Assembly: GCF_000341895.1 (NCBI RefSeq)
Contig: NC_020409.1
Location: 1,710,001 to 1,742,000 of the forward strand
DNA length: 32,000 bases
Origin: Pseudodesulfovibrio piezophilus C1TLV30
GTDB lineage: Bacteria; Desulfobacterota; Desulfovibrionia; Desulfovibrionales; Desulfovibrionaceae
Reading direction: 5' to 3'
Part shown: positions 9,203 through 19,900 of the stretch, piece after piece
Position numbering within the stretch: position 1 is the first letter of the stretch
Layout of the letters: the number at the start of each line of letters is the position of its first letter
Notes under the pieces: generated by a model
The model's database searches: none
Seen by the model: only the letters and a program-made list of their open reading frames with translations
What the model was told of the DNA's origin: nothing
Translations under genes and position numbers: made by a program

Positions 9203-10255
9203 ATGAAACACCTGAACAAGCTCTTACTGACATCTTTTATCGCCATGTTGGCAGTGACCTTTGCTCTGGCGGCCCCTGCCAGTGCAAAAAAGGTCAAGAG
9301 AATCGACAACTTCATCTACTTCCTTGACCAGTCCGGGTCCATGGCACAAAAAGACGATGCCACGGGCAAGCTCAAGATCGACATGGCTGTGGAGACCATG
9401 CAGGCCATGACCAAAACGGTTCCGGCCCTGGATTATACATCTTCCATGTTCCTGTTCGCTCCCTTTGAAGAAGCCTCCCAACCCGGAGTTTTTAACAAGG
9501 CAGCCCTCATGGATGACGTTTCCGATGTCAGCACCGATTTCGACATCTTCAATCGCCAGACAGCCATGGGTAACGGTCTCATGGACATCGACCCCGTCAT
9601 CTCCGGCCTGTCCGGCACGACCGGATTGATCATTTTCACCGATGGAGACTCCAATCTCGGCGCCGACCCCGTGGCCCAAGCCAAAGCCTTGTACACCAAG
9701 TATGGCAATGACCTGTGCATTCATGTGGTCAGCTTTGCAGACACCAATCGCGGCAAAATGATCATTGACGAAATCCGCGGTCTGTCTTCCTGCTCTGAAG
9801 TTGCTGATTACAATTCGCTCATGGCCCCCGGTGCCATGGATGCATACGCCAAAAAGGTCTTCTATGCAGAAGAAGCTGAAGCTCCGGCCCCGGCCCCGGT
9901 TCCGGCTGTCTCCACTGCCAAGGAAACCATCACCTTCAGCCTGAACTTCGGCTTTGACAAGGACGCCATCACCGACGAAATGATTCCGGTTCTGGAAGAA
10001 GCCAAGGCCATTCTTGATGAAGACATGAACGCAGAATTCGAAGTTGCCGGACACACTGATGCAACGGGGCCCACCGCTTATAACCAGAGTCTCTCCGAAC
10101 GCCGCGCAGCTTCGGTCATGACATGGCTTGAGAACGCCGGCGTCTCCGCCTCCCGTCTCGAAGCAAAAGGATACGGCGAACTGAGTCCCAAGTATGACAA
10201 CGGGACCAAGGAAGGCCGCAAGCTCAATCGTAGGGTTGAAATCCAGACCAAGTAA
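9203..10255 (+). CDS. Envelope protein with an N-terminal von Willebrand factor A domain and a C-terminal OmpA-like peptidoglycan-binding domain
   Basis: SD AAAGGAGAG. Signal peptide MKHLNKLLLTSFIAMLAVTFALAAPASA. MIDAS DQSGS, then TAMGNG and FTDGDSN. An Ala/Pro linker (EAPAPAPVPA) follows. The OmpA_C motifs are GHTDATGPTAYNQSLSERRA and NRRVEI. Confidence 0.85.
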   Translation: MKHLNKLLLTSFIAMLAVTFALAAPASAKKVKRIDNFIYFLDQSGSMAQKDDATGKLKIDMAVETMQAMTKTVPALDYTSSMFLFAPFEEASQPGVFNKAALMDDVSDVSTDFDIFNRQTAMGNGLMDIDPVISGLSGTTGLIIFTDGDSNLGADPVAQAKALYTKYGNDLCIHVVSFADTNRGKMIIDEIRGLSSCSEVADYNSLMAPGAMDAYAKKVFYAEEAEAPAPAPVPAVSTAKETITFSLNFGFDKDAITDEMIPVLEEAKAILDEDMNAEFEVAGHTDATGPTAYNQSLSERRAASVMTWLENAGVSASRLEAKGYGELSPKYDNGTKEGRKLNRRVEIQTK

Positions 10256-10270
10256 AGGTATGTTCCATTC

Positions 10271-10295
10271 GGCTGGGCGGCACTGCCGCCCAGCC
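10271..10295 (+). terminator. GC-rich hairpin after the VWA-OmpA gene (attenuator or weak terminator)
   Basis: GGCTGGGCGGC-act-GCCGCCCAGCC is a perfect 11 bp stem, but no T-run follows. Confidence 0.4.
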
Positions 10296-10324
10296 TCATA
10301 GCCTTGGCCAAAGGATCTACCATC

Positions 10325-10846
10325 ATGCATAAAACTGTTTTCATTTTCTTTTTTGCGATATTTCTCAGTTGTTGGGGGAGTCTCCCCAACGTACTGGCTG
10401 CCGATGCCGAAACCCCCGACGCACCGGTCAATGTGGCTATCGCCACTCCGGGGTTGGGTGAAGTTCCCGTTGCCAGCACCAATCTCCCTGTCTTTCTCGA
10501 TCAAGACCTCGCCAACAAACACGCCAATTTTTCCCGCTTCGCCAAATCCAAAGTCTCGACTCTCAATCGCAATCACCGCATGTCACGCAGCCGTATGCAG
10601 ATAATCAAACAGGCAGACGGCACATACCGTGCCCGGTATCACAAAATCGATAGCAATTCATTGGTCTGTAAAGTCCGCCGATCCAAATCGAAGACCATTC
10701 CTTTTGTCGGTGTTCTTTCTTTCAAGGAAGAAGTCTTTGAAGCAATTGCCGATAGCCCGGATGCCTGCAAAAAAGCGGAATTCTCACCCGTTTCAATCAT
10801 TCCGAACCGTCATATTTTCAGTTATAAGAAAGGCCTCTGGCAATAG
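10325..10846 (+). CDS. Hypothetical secreted protein (173 aa)
   Basis: The ATG at 10325 (track start 10304 is TTG) follows an AGGA. The signal peptide is MHKTVFIFFFAIFLSCWGSLPNVLAA. No family recognised. Confidence 0.55.
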   Translation: MHKTVFIFFFAIFLSCWGSLPNVLAADAETPDAPVNVAIATPGLGEVPVASTNLPVFLDQDLANKHANFSRFAKSKVSTLNRNHRMSRSRMQIIKQADGTYRARYHKIDSNSLVCKVRRSKSKTIPFVGVLSFKEEVFEAIADSPDACKKAEFSPVSIIPNRHIFSYKKGLWQ

Positions 10847-10870
10847 CCGGATTTCACAGCCACAATGATT

Positions 10871-10895
10871 GCGGGCCACACGGTCCGCTTTTTTT
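10871..10895 (+). terminator. Rho-independent terminator
   Basis: GCGGGCC-acac-GGTCCGC is a 7 bp stem with one G.U pair, followed by TTTTTTT. Confidence 0.65.
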
Positions 10896-10924
10896 GTGCC
10901 TAGACCTCCACACAGGAAGTTTTT

Positions 10925-11122
10925 ATGGATGGCAGCACACGCAAAAATCTGAAACCCGGCATGCGGGTCAACATCGTCCTCAAAAAGGACCAACGAACCG
11001 GCACACTCACACAGGGCATCATTAAGAATCTCCTGACCAAATCTCCCACTCATCCGCACGGCATCAAAGTTCGTCTGGAAGACGGGCAGGTCGGGCGAGT
11101 CAAGGAAATCCTCGAAGACTAG
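10925..11122 (+). CDS. YwbE family protein (DUF2196)
   Basis: The 65 aa product carries the characteristic KPGMRVNIVLKKDQRTGTLTQGIIKNLLTKSPTHPHGIKVRLEDGQVGRV. Confidence 0.8.
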   Translation: MDGSTRKNLKPGMRVNIVLKKDQRTGTLTQGIIKNLLTKSPTHPHGIKVRLEDGQVGRVKEILED

Positions 11123-11130
11123 GAAGGACC

Positions 11131-11589
11131 ATGCAAATATGGGTGGACGCCGACGCGTGTCCGAACATCATCAAGGACGTTTTATACAAGGTGGCACAGA
11201 GACGTGATATTCAGCTGACACTGGTAGCCAATTCACCGCTCTCCGTCCCTCAATCCTCACTCATCAGTACAATCCGGGTTGGAGCGGGATTCAATGTGGC
11301 CGACCAGGAGATCATTGACCAAGTCGGGCCTGGCGATCTGGTCATTACAGCAGATATCCCCTTGGCTGATGCCATAGTGGATAAAGGGGCAACCGGTCTG
11401 AATCCTCGAGGGGAAGTCTATACCGAAGAAAATGTGAAGGGACTTCTGCGCATGCGCAATCTTATGGAAGAACTTCGAAGCGGCGGCATGGTCTCTGGCG
11501 GGCCTGCTCCCATAGGACCAAAAGACAGGCAGGAATTCACCAATCAGTTGGACCGATACCTCACCCGACAGGCAAACAAACAAAACTGA
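11131..11589 (+). CDS. YaiI/YqxD family protein (UPF0178/DUF188)
   Basis: MQIWVDADACP...VITADIPLA...GLNPRGEVYTEENV is the typical signature of this family. An AGGAAGGA SD precedes the start. Confidence 0.85.
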   Translation: MQIWVDADACPNIIKDVLYKVAQRRDIQLTLVANSPLSVPQSSLISTIRVGAGFNVADQEIIDQVGPGDLVITADIPLADAIVDKGATGLNPRGEVYTEENVKGLLRMRNLMEELRSGGMVSGGPAPIGPKDRQEFTNQLDRYLTRQANKQN

Positions 11590-11658
11590 ACAGCAGGCAG
11601 CCTGCCTTACAGACTCCCCACCATCTCGGCCCCTCTCTTACGTGAAGAAAGCTTCGAG

Positions 11659-13797
11659 TCAGGCTGTCTCTACTCTGTTCCGTCCCTTTTGCTTGGCCTG
11701 ATACATGGCCATATCCGCACGATTAAACAGATCATCAAAACTCTCTTCCCCATGGTTGCAGACAGAAATTCCCATACTCACTGTGAATCGAATTGTTTCA
11801 CCACTTTCATGCTGCAACTCGACCTGCTCAATGGCGGCCCTGATGCGCTCCGCAGCACCAACGGCTCCCTCCAGCGGAGTATCAGGTAACATAAGCAAAA
11901 ATTCCTCACCGCCAACCCGCCCGAGAATATCCACCTCGCGAACACAGGACAGGACAGTCGAAGCAAGAACTTGCAGCACCTCATCACCAAAAGCGTGTCC
12001 ATAGGTATCGTTGATATTCTTGAATTTATCCGCATCAAGCATCACCAGAGATATTGGGGAGCCACTTCGCTTACTGTGTTTCAGTTCATACTCGGTCATT
12101 TCAATGAAGGTTCTGCGATTAAAAAGCCCTGTCAGTTCGTCTGTGGAGGCAAGTTGTGCCAACTTTTCTTCCGCTTTTTTCCTTTCCGTAATATCACGTA
12201 GAACTCCCACAGCATAATAGGAGTCTCCCACCTGAAAGGCACTGACCGACCTCTCGACCGGAAAGTATTCGCCGTTTTTTCTGATGGCGGGAAGCTCAGA
12301 AATGGAATCAAGAACCGGCCCTTTTCCGGATTGCGCAAAATGATGAAGCCCCTCGAGTGCTGGTTCGATGTATTCGGGAGGAGTGATCAATTCATGCATT
12401 TTCTGCCCAAGGGCCTCTTCATTGGTCCACCCGAAGACTTTTTCCGCGGCCGGACTCCAAAAAAGGATTGTGTCCTGACTGTCTATCATAATGTACGGAT
12501 CATATGTGGCCTCGGCCATGGCCTGAAGTTTTGCCTGCTCGGATTCAAGGGCATTCACGATCTCTCTTTGTTCTGTAATATCATGAATGGTACCGAGAAA
12601 ACGGGTTGGCTCTCCTTTTTCATTACGAAGGTGTTTTCCCTGTCCCTGAACAAACCGAACTCCTCCATCCGGTCGAAGGATTCTGTACTTCAATGAAAAA
12701 GCATTTTCGCCCTTGGCAGATTGTCGGTAGGCCTCTTTCACCCGCACAAGGTCATTCGGGTGCACCTTTTGAAGAAACCCCTGCTCTGAGGGGACGAACT
12801 CATCCTTGGATACGCCAAAGATATTATAGACTTCATCTGACCACCAGAGAGTTTTCCGGCGTAAATCCTGCTCCCAACTTCCAAGGTGGGCGAAGGCCTG
12901 TGCTTCTCCGAGCTTTTCCTTCACATTCTGAATTTCGATACGATGCCGTATGTCCTTGTAACTCAGGAAAAGTCCGATAAGAAGAAGTCCCCCCATGAAA
13001 AGATGAATAGAGAGGGAGTAAGGGGACTCTTCCGGCCACCCACCAACAGGAAGCGCCGCTATCTGCCATGACCCCGAAGGGAAAAACACATCAACCAAAA
13101 CCGGATCGCCAGTGGGATCAAAGAGCGACTCTCTTCCCCAGAAGACCTCACCCTCGGCACCTTTGCCATCTATTCCTCGAATGGCAATTTTCAGCCCGGA
13201 AAGAGCATTTATATTGACGCTTTCGAAAAGGCGATCCATATCGATCACAGCCGAAACAATACCCCAGAAGGAATCTTCCCCTTCCACATTTTCCTTGTCG
13301 TTCTGCCTGACAAAGACGGGAGTACGCCCAATAAGTCCACTCCCTCCCTGAACAAGATCAAGAGGACCGGCAACAATAATACCACCGCTCAACCAAGCCA
13401 GCTGTACCTGTGGCCACTGCTTTGGCAAACTTCGATAATTGACACCCAGCATTTTTTCATTCCCGGCACGTGGGTACATGTAAGCCATGATGAAGTCGGG
13501 TGCTGCTCCGATATTTTTTAAAACAGGTGAGATGCGTAGCGCATTTTCGGCATAGAGCGCGAATTCTTTTTGCGTGAATGTCGGATGGATTGAAATATGA
13601 TTTGCCATCCCCTGTATAAGAAGTAGACCGCTGACAATCTCTTTTTCCAATCCGAATCGAACTGGAGATAATTCTTGTGTAATTTCAACAACTTGCTGAT
13701 TTCGATATCGATATAAGGCTGTTTGCTGAACCACTATATCCATTATGAGGATCAAAATCGTCACGAAAGTGATTTGAAGAAAGGACCGGATCTTCAA
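11659..13797 (-). CDS. Membrane sensor diguanylate cyclase: CHASE-like periplasmic domain, two PAS domains, GGDEF domain
   Basis: The TTG start has an AGGAGA SD, and TM1 is SFLQITFVTILILIMDIVV. A CHASE-like block reads YMYPRAGNEKMLGVNY...AGPLDLVQGGSGLIGRTPVF. Two PAS ends read DITEQRE and DITERKKAEE. The active site is GGEEF, with an RxxD I-site (REVD) five residues upstream. Confidence 0.85.
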   Translation of the reverse strand: MKIRSFLQITFVTILILIMDIVVQQTALYRYRNQQVVEITQELSPVRFGLEKEIVSGLLLIQGMANHISIHPTFTQKEFALYAENALRISPVLKNIGAAPDFIMAYMYPRAGNEKMLGVNYRSLPKQWPQVQLAWLSGGIIVAGPLDLVQGGSGLIGRTPVFVRQNDKENVEGEDSFWGIVSAVIDMDRLFESVNINALSGLKIAIRGIDGKGAEGEVFWGRESLFDPTGDPVLVDVFFPSGSWQIAALPVGGWPEESPYSLSIHLFMGGLLLIGLFLSYKDIRHRIEIQNVKEKLGEAQAFAHLGSWEQDLRRKTLWWSDEVYNIFGVSKDEFVPSEQGFLQKVHPNDLVRVKEAYRQSAKGENAFSLKYRILRPDGGVRFVQGQGKHLRNEKGEPTRFLGTIHDITEQREIVNALESEQAKLQAMAEATYDPYIMIDSQDTILFWSPAAEKVFGWTNEEALGQKMHELITPPEYIEPALEGLHHFAQSGKGPVLDSISELPAIRKNGEYFPVERSVSAFQVGDSYYAVGVLRDITERKKAEEKLAQLASTDELTGLFNRRTFIEMTEYELKHSKRSGSPISLVMLDADKFKNINDTYGHAFGDEVLQVLASTVLSCVREVDILGRVGGEEFLLMLPDTPLEGAVGAAERIRAAIEQVELQHESGETIRFTVSMGISVCNHGEESFDDLFNRADMAMYQAKQKGRNRVETA

Positions 13798-13979
13798 GGC
13801 AGATTCTCCTGCTCGGCATATTCGTAAGGGTGCACATGATCACAATTTCCACATGTGGTAAACTTATTATGCTGCCTGCACTGTGTTTTCAAATTATTAT
13901 ATAATTTTTCATCATGGCAACAGAAAGTCACTCCCAAACCGGAGCCTCCCCCCATCTCGACCGTCTGGCTCCACAGAGT

Positions 13980-16900
13980 TTATTCTTCCGGCGGCATGAT
14001 CTGTTCTATAATAGGATCGAGTAATTCCGTATTATCCGCAGCTCCGAGATCCCCATCGTTTGTGACGGGTTCTTCGAGAAGCGAATTATCCAGACTGTCG
14101 GCAATCATGTCCTGCCCGTTCAGAGTATGATCCAAAGCCTGGGCTAATGTTGCATCCGACCCATCATTCGTCTGGGTACCAAGACCGAGAATATCCGTAT
14201 ACAGTTGGGCCTCAGTGCTCAATCCGAGATCAACGGAAAGGACTTCCACACTGACATTCTCAGTCAAGGTGATGCTTGAACCATCCTGTTCTACAGTGGC
14301 TTCAACAGTCAAATCGAGCAACCCGGTAAACCCCTCGGGAGGATTCAGCGAAAGCCCCGGCACTTCGTCGGAAGAAAGCGTCCAAGATCCTCCCCCATTG
14401 TCTTGCCCTGCCGTCAAGCTGCCACCGTCAGGAACACCTGAAATCGTCACTGTAAGCAACTCGCCCGGTAAATCTGTCTGCGCATCTATGGAAAGAGCGA
14501 TAGGCTGGTCCTGATCGCCCAAAACATCGAGTACCGAAAATGTCGGCACATCAGGATCACCAATGACATCAACATTCAATGTCACTGTCGTGGAAGCCTC
14601 CGAAGAACCATCCAGAGCTGTTGCCGTGACTGTCAGGTCAAAATCTTCAGCGCTGTCAGGAGGCGGGGTCAAGGTCAATCCGTCAAGATCGGCCGCAAGC
14701 AGTGACCATGAACCATCGGGATTCTGTGTCCCGGCAGACAACGTCGCGTCTGTCGGCACACCTTCGATCGTTATTTCAAGAAGCTCTGAAGTATCCAAAA
14801 GGGATGTCTGAATATCCAAGGAGATGGCTGTATCCTCAAGCCCAACAGCCGGAAGAACAACAAGATTCGGCGTGTCCGCAACGGGCAGGATGGAGAGCGG
14901 CAGGTCAACCACAACCTCGGCTTCGGCCGCACCATCAAGGGCCGTGGCTGTCACTGTCAGGGTGTAATCCCCACTCTGATCCTCGGCCGGGAAGAGACGA
15001 AGGCCATCAAGATCGGCCGCAAGCAGCGACCACGAACCATCAGGATTCTGTGTCCCGGCAGACAACGTCGCGTCTGTCGGCACACCTTCGATCGTCACTT
15101 CAAGCACTTCAGAGGTGTCGAGCAACGCAGCCTGAATATCCAAGGAGATGGCTGTATCCTCAAGACCCACTGCCGGAGCGACAATCAGATTCGGCGTGTC
15201 CGCAACGGGCAGAATGGAGAGCGGCAGGTCAACCACAACCTCGGCTTCTGCCGCACCATCAAGGGCCGTGGCTGTCACTGTCAGGGTGTAATCCCCACTC
15301 TGATCCTCAGCCGGGAAGAGACGAAGGCCATCAAGATCGGCCGCAAGCAGCGACCACGAACCATCGGGATTCTGTGTCCCGGCAGACAACGTCGCGTCTG
15401 TCGGCACACCTTCGATCGTCACTTCAAGCACTTCAGAGGTGTCGAGCAACGCAGCCTGAATATCCAAGGAGATGGCTGTATCCTCAAGACCCACTGCCGG
15501 AGCGACAATCAGATTCGGCGTGTCCGCAACGGGTGTAATGGAAAGCGATAAATCAGAAATGGTTTCTGCTTGAGAGGCTCCATCCTGAGATGTTGCCGTC
15601 ACAGTAATTGTATAATCTCCACTCTGGTTATCAGCCGGAGTCAAGGTCAATCCAGGAAGATCTTCCGGTGCCAGAGTCCACGATCCATCCGGATTATTTA
15701 TCCCGGCGGAAAGGGATGCTCCTTCCGGCAACTGAGAGAGAGTCACACTCAGAACTTCCGAGATGTCAGTCAAGGAAGCCTCGATATCCAACGGGATAGT
15801 CGTATCTTCATCACCGGTCGCAGCGTCCACAATTAACGTTGGCGCATCGGCCACGGGCGTAATACTCACATCAAAAGTTGCCGAAGTTTGAGCAGTCTCA
15901 CCCGTCTCAGGTTCCGTGCTTGTGGCTGTGACGCTCAGCGTATAGTCACCACTCTGATTTTGGTCGGGAAGAAGTGTCAATCCAGGCAGGTCCGAGGCGG
16001 AAAGAGTCCACGATCCATCACTATTCTTCGTCCCGGCAGAGAGCGTTGCTCCTGCCGGAAGATCGGAAACCGACACTTCAAGTATTTCACCAGCATCACT
16101 CACGCTGGCCTGAAGGTCGAGCGGGATGGCCGTGTCTTCATCGCCCACCACGGATTGTGGGGAGAGATTCGGATTATCAGCCACAGGAATCACCTCGACT
16201 GAGAAATCAGTTCCTGTCGAAACAGAGTCGCCATCAGCTTCCGTTACGACTATTTCAGCATGGATATCGATACTTCCCGAGAAATCCAGAGGAGGTGTGA
16301 TGGTCAAATCAGGAAGATCTTCCCCCTGCACAAGCCACGATCCATCACCCTGAACCACTCCGGCAGAGAGAGATGCCCCTGCGGGAATACCCGTCAAGAC
16401 AGCAGTAACCGTCTCAGAACCATCCGTATCGATAGAAGAATAGCTGAGTTCAATAGGAATGGCCGTGTCTTCATCGCCACTCGTACCGATGGAATCGACC
16501 GGAACGTCATCAGCCTCGCCCTCCACACTAACCGTCACCGCCTGAGTGGAAACAGCAACCTCACCAGTGGACTCCTCAAGAGTATACACCGAAAGGGTCA
16601 ATTCGAAATCCCCGCTCGCATTGGGGGGAGGTGTAAAGGTCAACCCGTCAAGTTGTCCGGGAGTAAAAGTCCATGATCCGTCTCCATTGTTGATACCAGC
16701 AGAAAAAAGACTGTCAGTCGGGACACCTGAAAGCGTTAACGACGTTGTCTCCGACCCATCGGTATCCACAAGATCAACATCAATATTCAATGGAATGGCA
16801 GTATCTTCGAGACCGGATGCATCCGTCACCGAGATACTTGCCGGATCAGCCACGGCCTGTATGCTGACACCGAGATCACTGGAAAATGAGGATTGCGTTC

Positions 16901-19900
16901 CGTCGGACTCCTCAACCACGGCGTCCACGGTGAACGAGAAATCCCCATGCGCATTTTCAGGCGGCGAAAACTGAACTTGATCCAATTGATCCGGTCCCAC
17001 CTCAAACCGCCCGTCACCCAAATCTGTGGCCCCGAGAATCGTCGCCCCCGAAGGCAGATTGCTAATGACGACCGAGGTTATCTGTTCCGATCCGTCCGTC
17101 ACATTGACATTGAGGTCCAAAAGGAATGGTGTATCTTCAGTACCTTCCGGATTCCCCAAGCTGATCTGAGGACTATCAACAACCGGGTCGAGGGTGGCAG
17201 TCACAACGGTACTGGTCTGTTGTGTCAGGCCATCTTCACCGGTCTTGGCTATGGAAACAGTAAAATCAAGCGCACCGGCAAAATCAGCGGGTGGCGTTAT
17301 TTCAAGATTCTCCAGCAAGGAGGGATCATCGCCAGAGATAACCCACTGATCGTTAACTGGATCATAGTAGCCGGTATTCGGCCGCGCCCCTTCCGGGAGA
17401 TTGCTGATGATGACGCCATACTGGCTGCCACCTGTCCCGAAATCAGCCGAAATATCCACGGCAAAAGGCGAATCTTCGGACCCGGTCGGCTGGTTGACCT
17501 CAAGCGTCATGGGGGTTCCGATTATACTTCCATCAATAATGGTTCCCGGATCCGGCAAGCCGCCGCCCAAAAGATCACCACCCAAATCGATCGACGCCGA
17601 AACCTGTAAGAGCACACTCTCGGAAGTCACGGCAGTATCTCCGTTTTCCGCCTCGGTGGAAACCGCGTGGAGCGTGGCCAACAAAGTTGTGCCCAACGCG
17701 AGAGTATCAGAAGACAGGCTCAAACCGTCGAGTTGATCCTCGGTCAACAGATAGGAACCGTTACCAAGGTTGATGCCTGCCGACGGTGCTACATTCAATC
17801 CTAGAAATCCTGAAAGAATGAATGAGAGAGACTCAGAACCATCGGTGTCTGTCAAAGAAGCCTCTGCACCAAGGTTCACAAGCCCCAACAGACTGGTTGT
17901 TTCCAGAAGAGGCGCGTCAGCCACAGCATGAACTTCAACATGCAATTGTCCTTCAGAGACAACCGTGGCACCGCCCGACTCCTGAATGGTCGCCTGGACC
18001 GTCAAATCGAAATCAACATCCGAGTTCTCTGGCGGAGTGACCGTCAAGCCCGCAAATTCACTGGGAAGTATTCTGAAGACACCGGGATTATCCGGGTCTT
18101 CCGTTCCGGCAGAAAGAGTCGCCCCCACGGGCAGCCCGGAAACATCGACCCACAAGACCGTCTCCGAACCATCTGCATCAGTCAGCCCTGGGTCTACATT
18201 GAGCGCAATGGCGGTATCTTCAAGCCCTCCGGCAGTTCCATAGGATGCCGAACCGCCGACACTACCGCGATCGGTCTGGTCCACAACCGGATCGACCGTC
18301 ACCGGAACGCTATACTCTTCCTGCGATTGTCGTCCGTCATCTTCCTGAACGACAACTGTCACACTCAGGTCAAAAGTACCGGAATAATCGCTCGGAGGAG
18401 TCACAGACAGAGTCGGCATGTCTTCAGCGGAAACAGCCCAACGACCATTGCCGATAAAAGTACCGGCACTCAGACTCGCTCCGGCGGGAATATTACTCAC
18501 AACATAGCTGATTGTCTCGGAACCATCGGTGTCAGTGGATTCTGCCGTAAAATTGAGTGAGATGCTCGTGTCTTCATCCCCCCGCGCTCCCTCCATGGTC
18601 ACGATCGGAACATCAGGATCACCTTGCAGAGAAACATTGATGTCTTGCGGAACGGAATACACTCTGTCGCCATCGGCCTCGATAGCCAGGGACCGGGCCG
18701 TCAGGGTAAAGTCGACGTTGGAATCAGGTGGAGGTGTCATTGTCAGAGAATCGAGATCACCGGAAGGAATCAACCAGTTCCCGTTATCAAGCATGGTTCC
18801 GGCAGAGAACGTTGCTCCCTCAGGCACTCCCGAGAATTCGACATACAGACTCTCCGAACCATCCGCATCCTCCAATTCGGCACGCACAGTCAGTGCAATT
18901 TCCGTATCTTCTGTTCCTTGAACATCAACCACCGTGATTTCGGGGATATCCGCTACCCCGGTAACACCGACGGTGAATCCGGCAGTACGAGAAACCGTGT
19001 CGTTATTGGATGATTCCGTGGACGTCGCGGTAAATTCCAGCGCTATTTCCCCGGAAAAATGCTGTGGCGGCGTCAAGGTCACTGTTCCGAGATCAGCCGG
19101 GTCAATGGTCCATGAACCATCACCGTTATCGGTCCCACTCGAAAGGGATGCCCCGGCAGGCACACCTGATACCGTGACCTCCAATGTTTCGGAAAGATCA
19201 GTATCCGTCAGTTGGGCAAGAAGATCGAGTTGCACGGGAGTATCTTCAAGGGTCGTCACGTTGTTCGCCGTAATGATCGGCGCATCCGCGACAGCCTCAA
19301 AGGTGACATCAAAACTGCGAGAGGTCGTTCTGGTGCTCCCGTTCTCCGGTTCCAACGTGGTCACGTCAAAGCCCAAATTCACTGTTCCCGAATAATCCTG
19401 CGGCGCTCGGATTGACAAACTGTCCAGGCTCTCAGCCGGGACTGACCAATCACCGCCCAAATCAGTCCCGCCGACAATGGAAAAGCCTTCAGGAACACCA
19501 GTAATCACAACACTCTCAATGACTTCAGAGTCATCTCTCACCGAAGCTGATAAATCGAGAGGCACATCATTGTCTTCATCCCCTGACACATCCCTTGCAC
19601 GGCTTCGCGCCGCATCAGCAACAGCATTGACCGTCACGCTGACCGGCTCCGAGGCAGTGGCTATATCTCCATCGTTTTCAGTAGCGAGGGAGGTGACTGT
19701 GATGTCGAAAGTGCCACTGTAATTGGAAGGCGGACGAACATACAGATTCCCGATATCTTCGGAAGAAACATCCCATGAACCATCCGGGTTCTGTGTCCCA
19801 ACATTGAGACTTGCCCCTGTCGGCAGATCGGTAATCGAGAAGGAAAGGGACTCCGAAGAATCCGTATCTGTCAACGCTCCTCCTGCCTGAACCTGAATCC

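Noticed and set aside
9067-9315. 82 aa minus-strand ORF with a hydrophobic N-terminus in the hldD / VWA-OmpA intergenic region
   Set aside because: It overlaps the start of the VWA-OmpA gene and its promoter, and it has no RBS. Its hydrophobic stretch is the antisense image of the real signal peptide.
9224-10576. 450 aa minus-strand ORF, the second longest unassigned ORF in the track
   Set aside because: It is exactly antisense to the well-supported VWA-OmpA and secreted-protein genes. Its translation is Gly/Arg/His-rich with no recognisable motif and no RBS. This is a typical shadow ORF.
11590-11658. Possible bidirectional terminator between the convergent yaiI-like and GGDEF genes (GCAGGC-a-GCCTGC)
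   Set aside because: The stem is only 4-6 bp with a sterically impossible 1 nt loop, and there is no T-run. This is not enough to call.
13830-13844. CRP/FNR-type TGTGA-N6-TCACA site in the adhesin-cyclase spacer
   Set aside because: Only one half-site (TGTGA/TCACA) is present. The other half and the spacing do not fit.
14547-15535. Regular 324 bp DNA repeats as a possible CRISPR array or satellite
   Set aside because: The period is far too long, there are no unique spacers, and the repeats are in-frame coding units of the adhesin.
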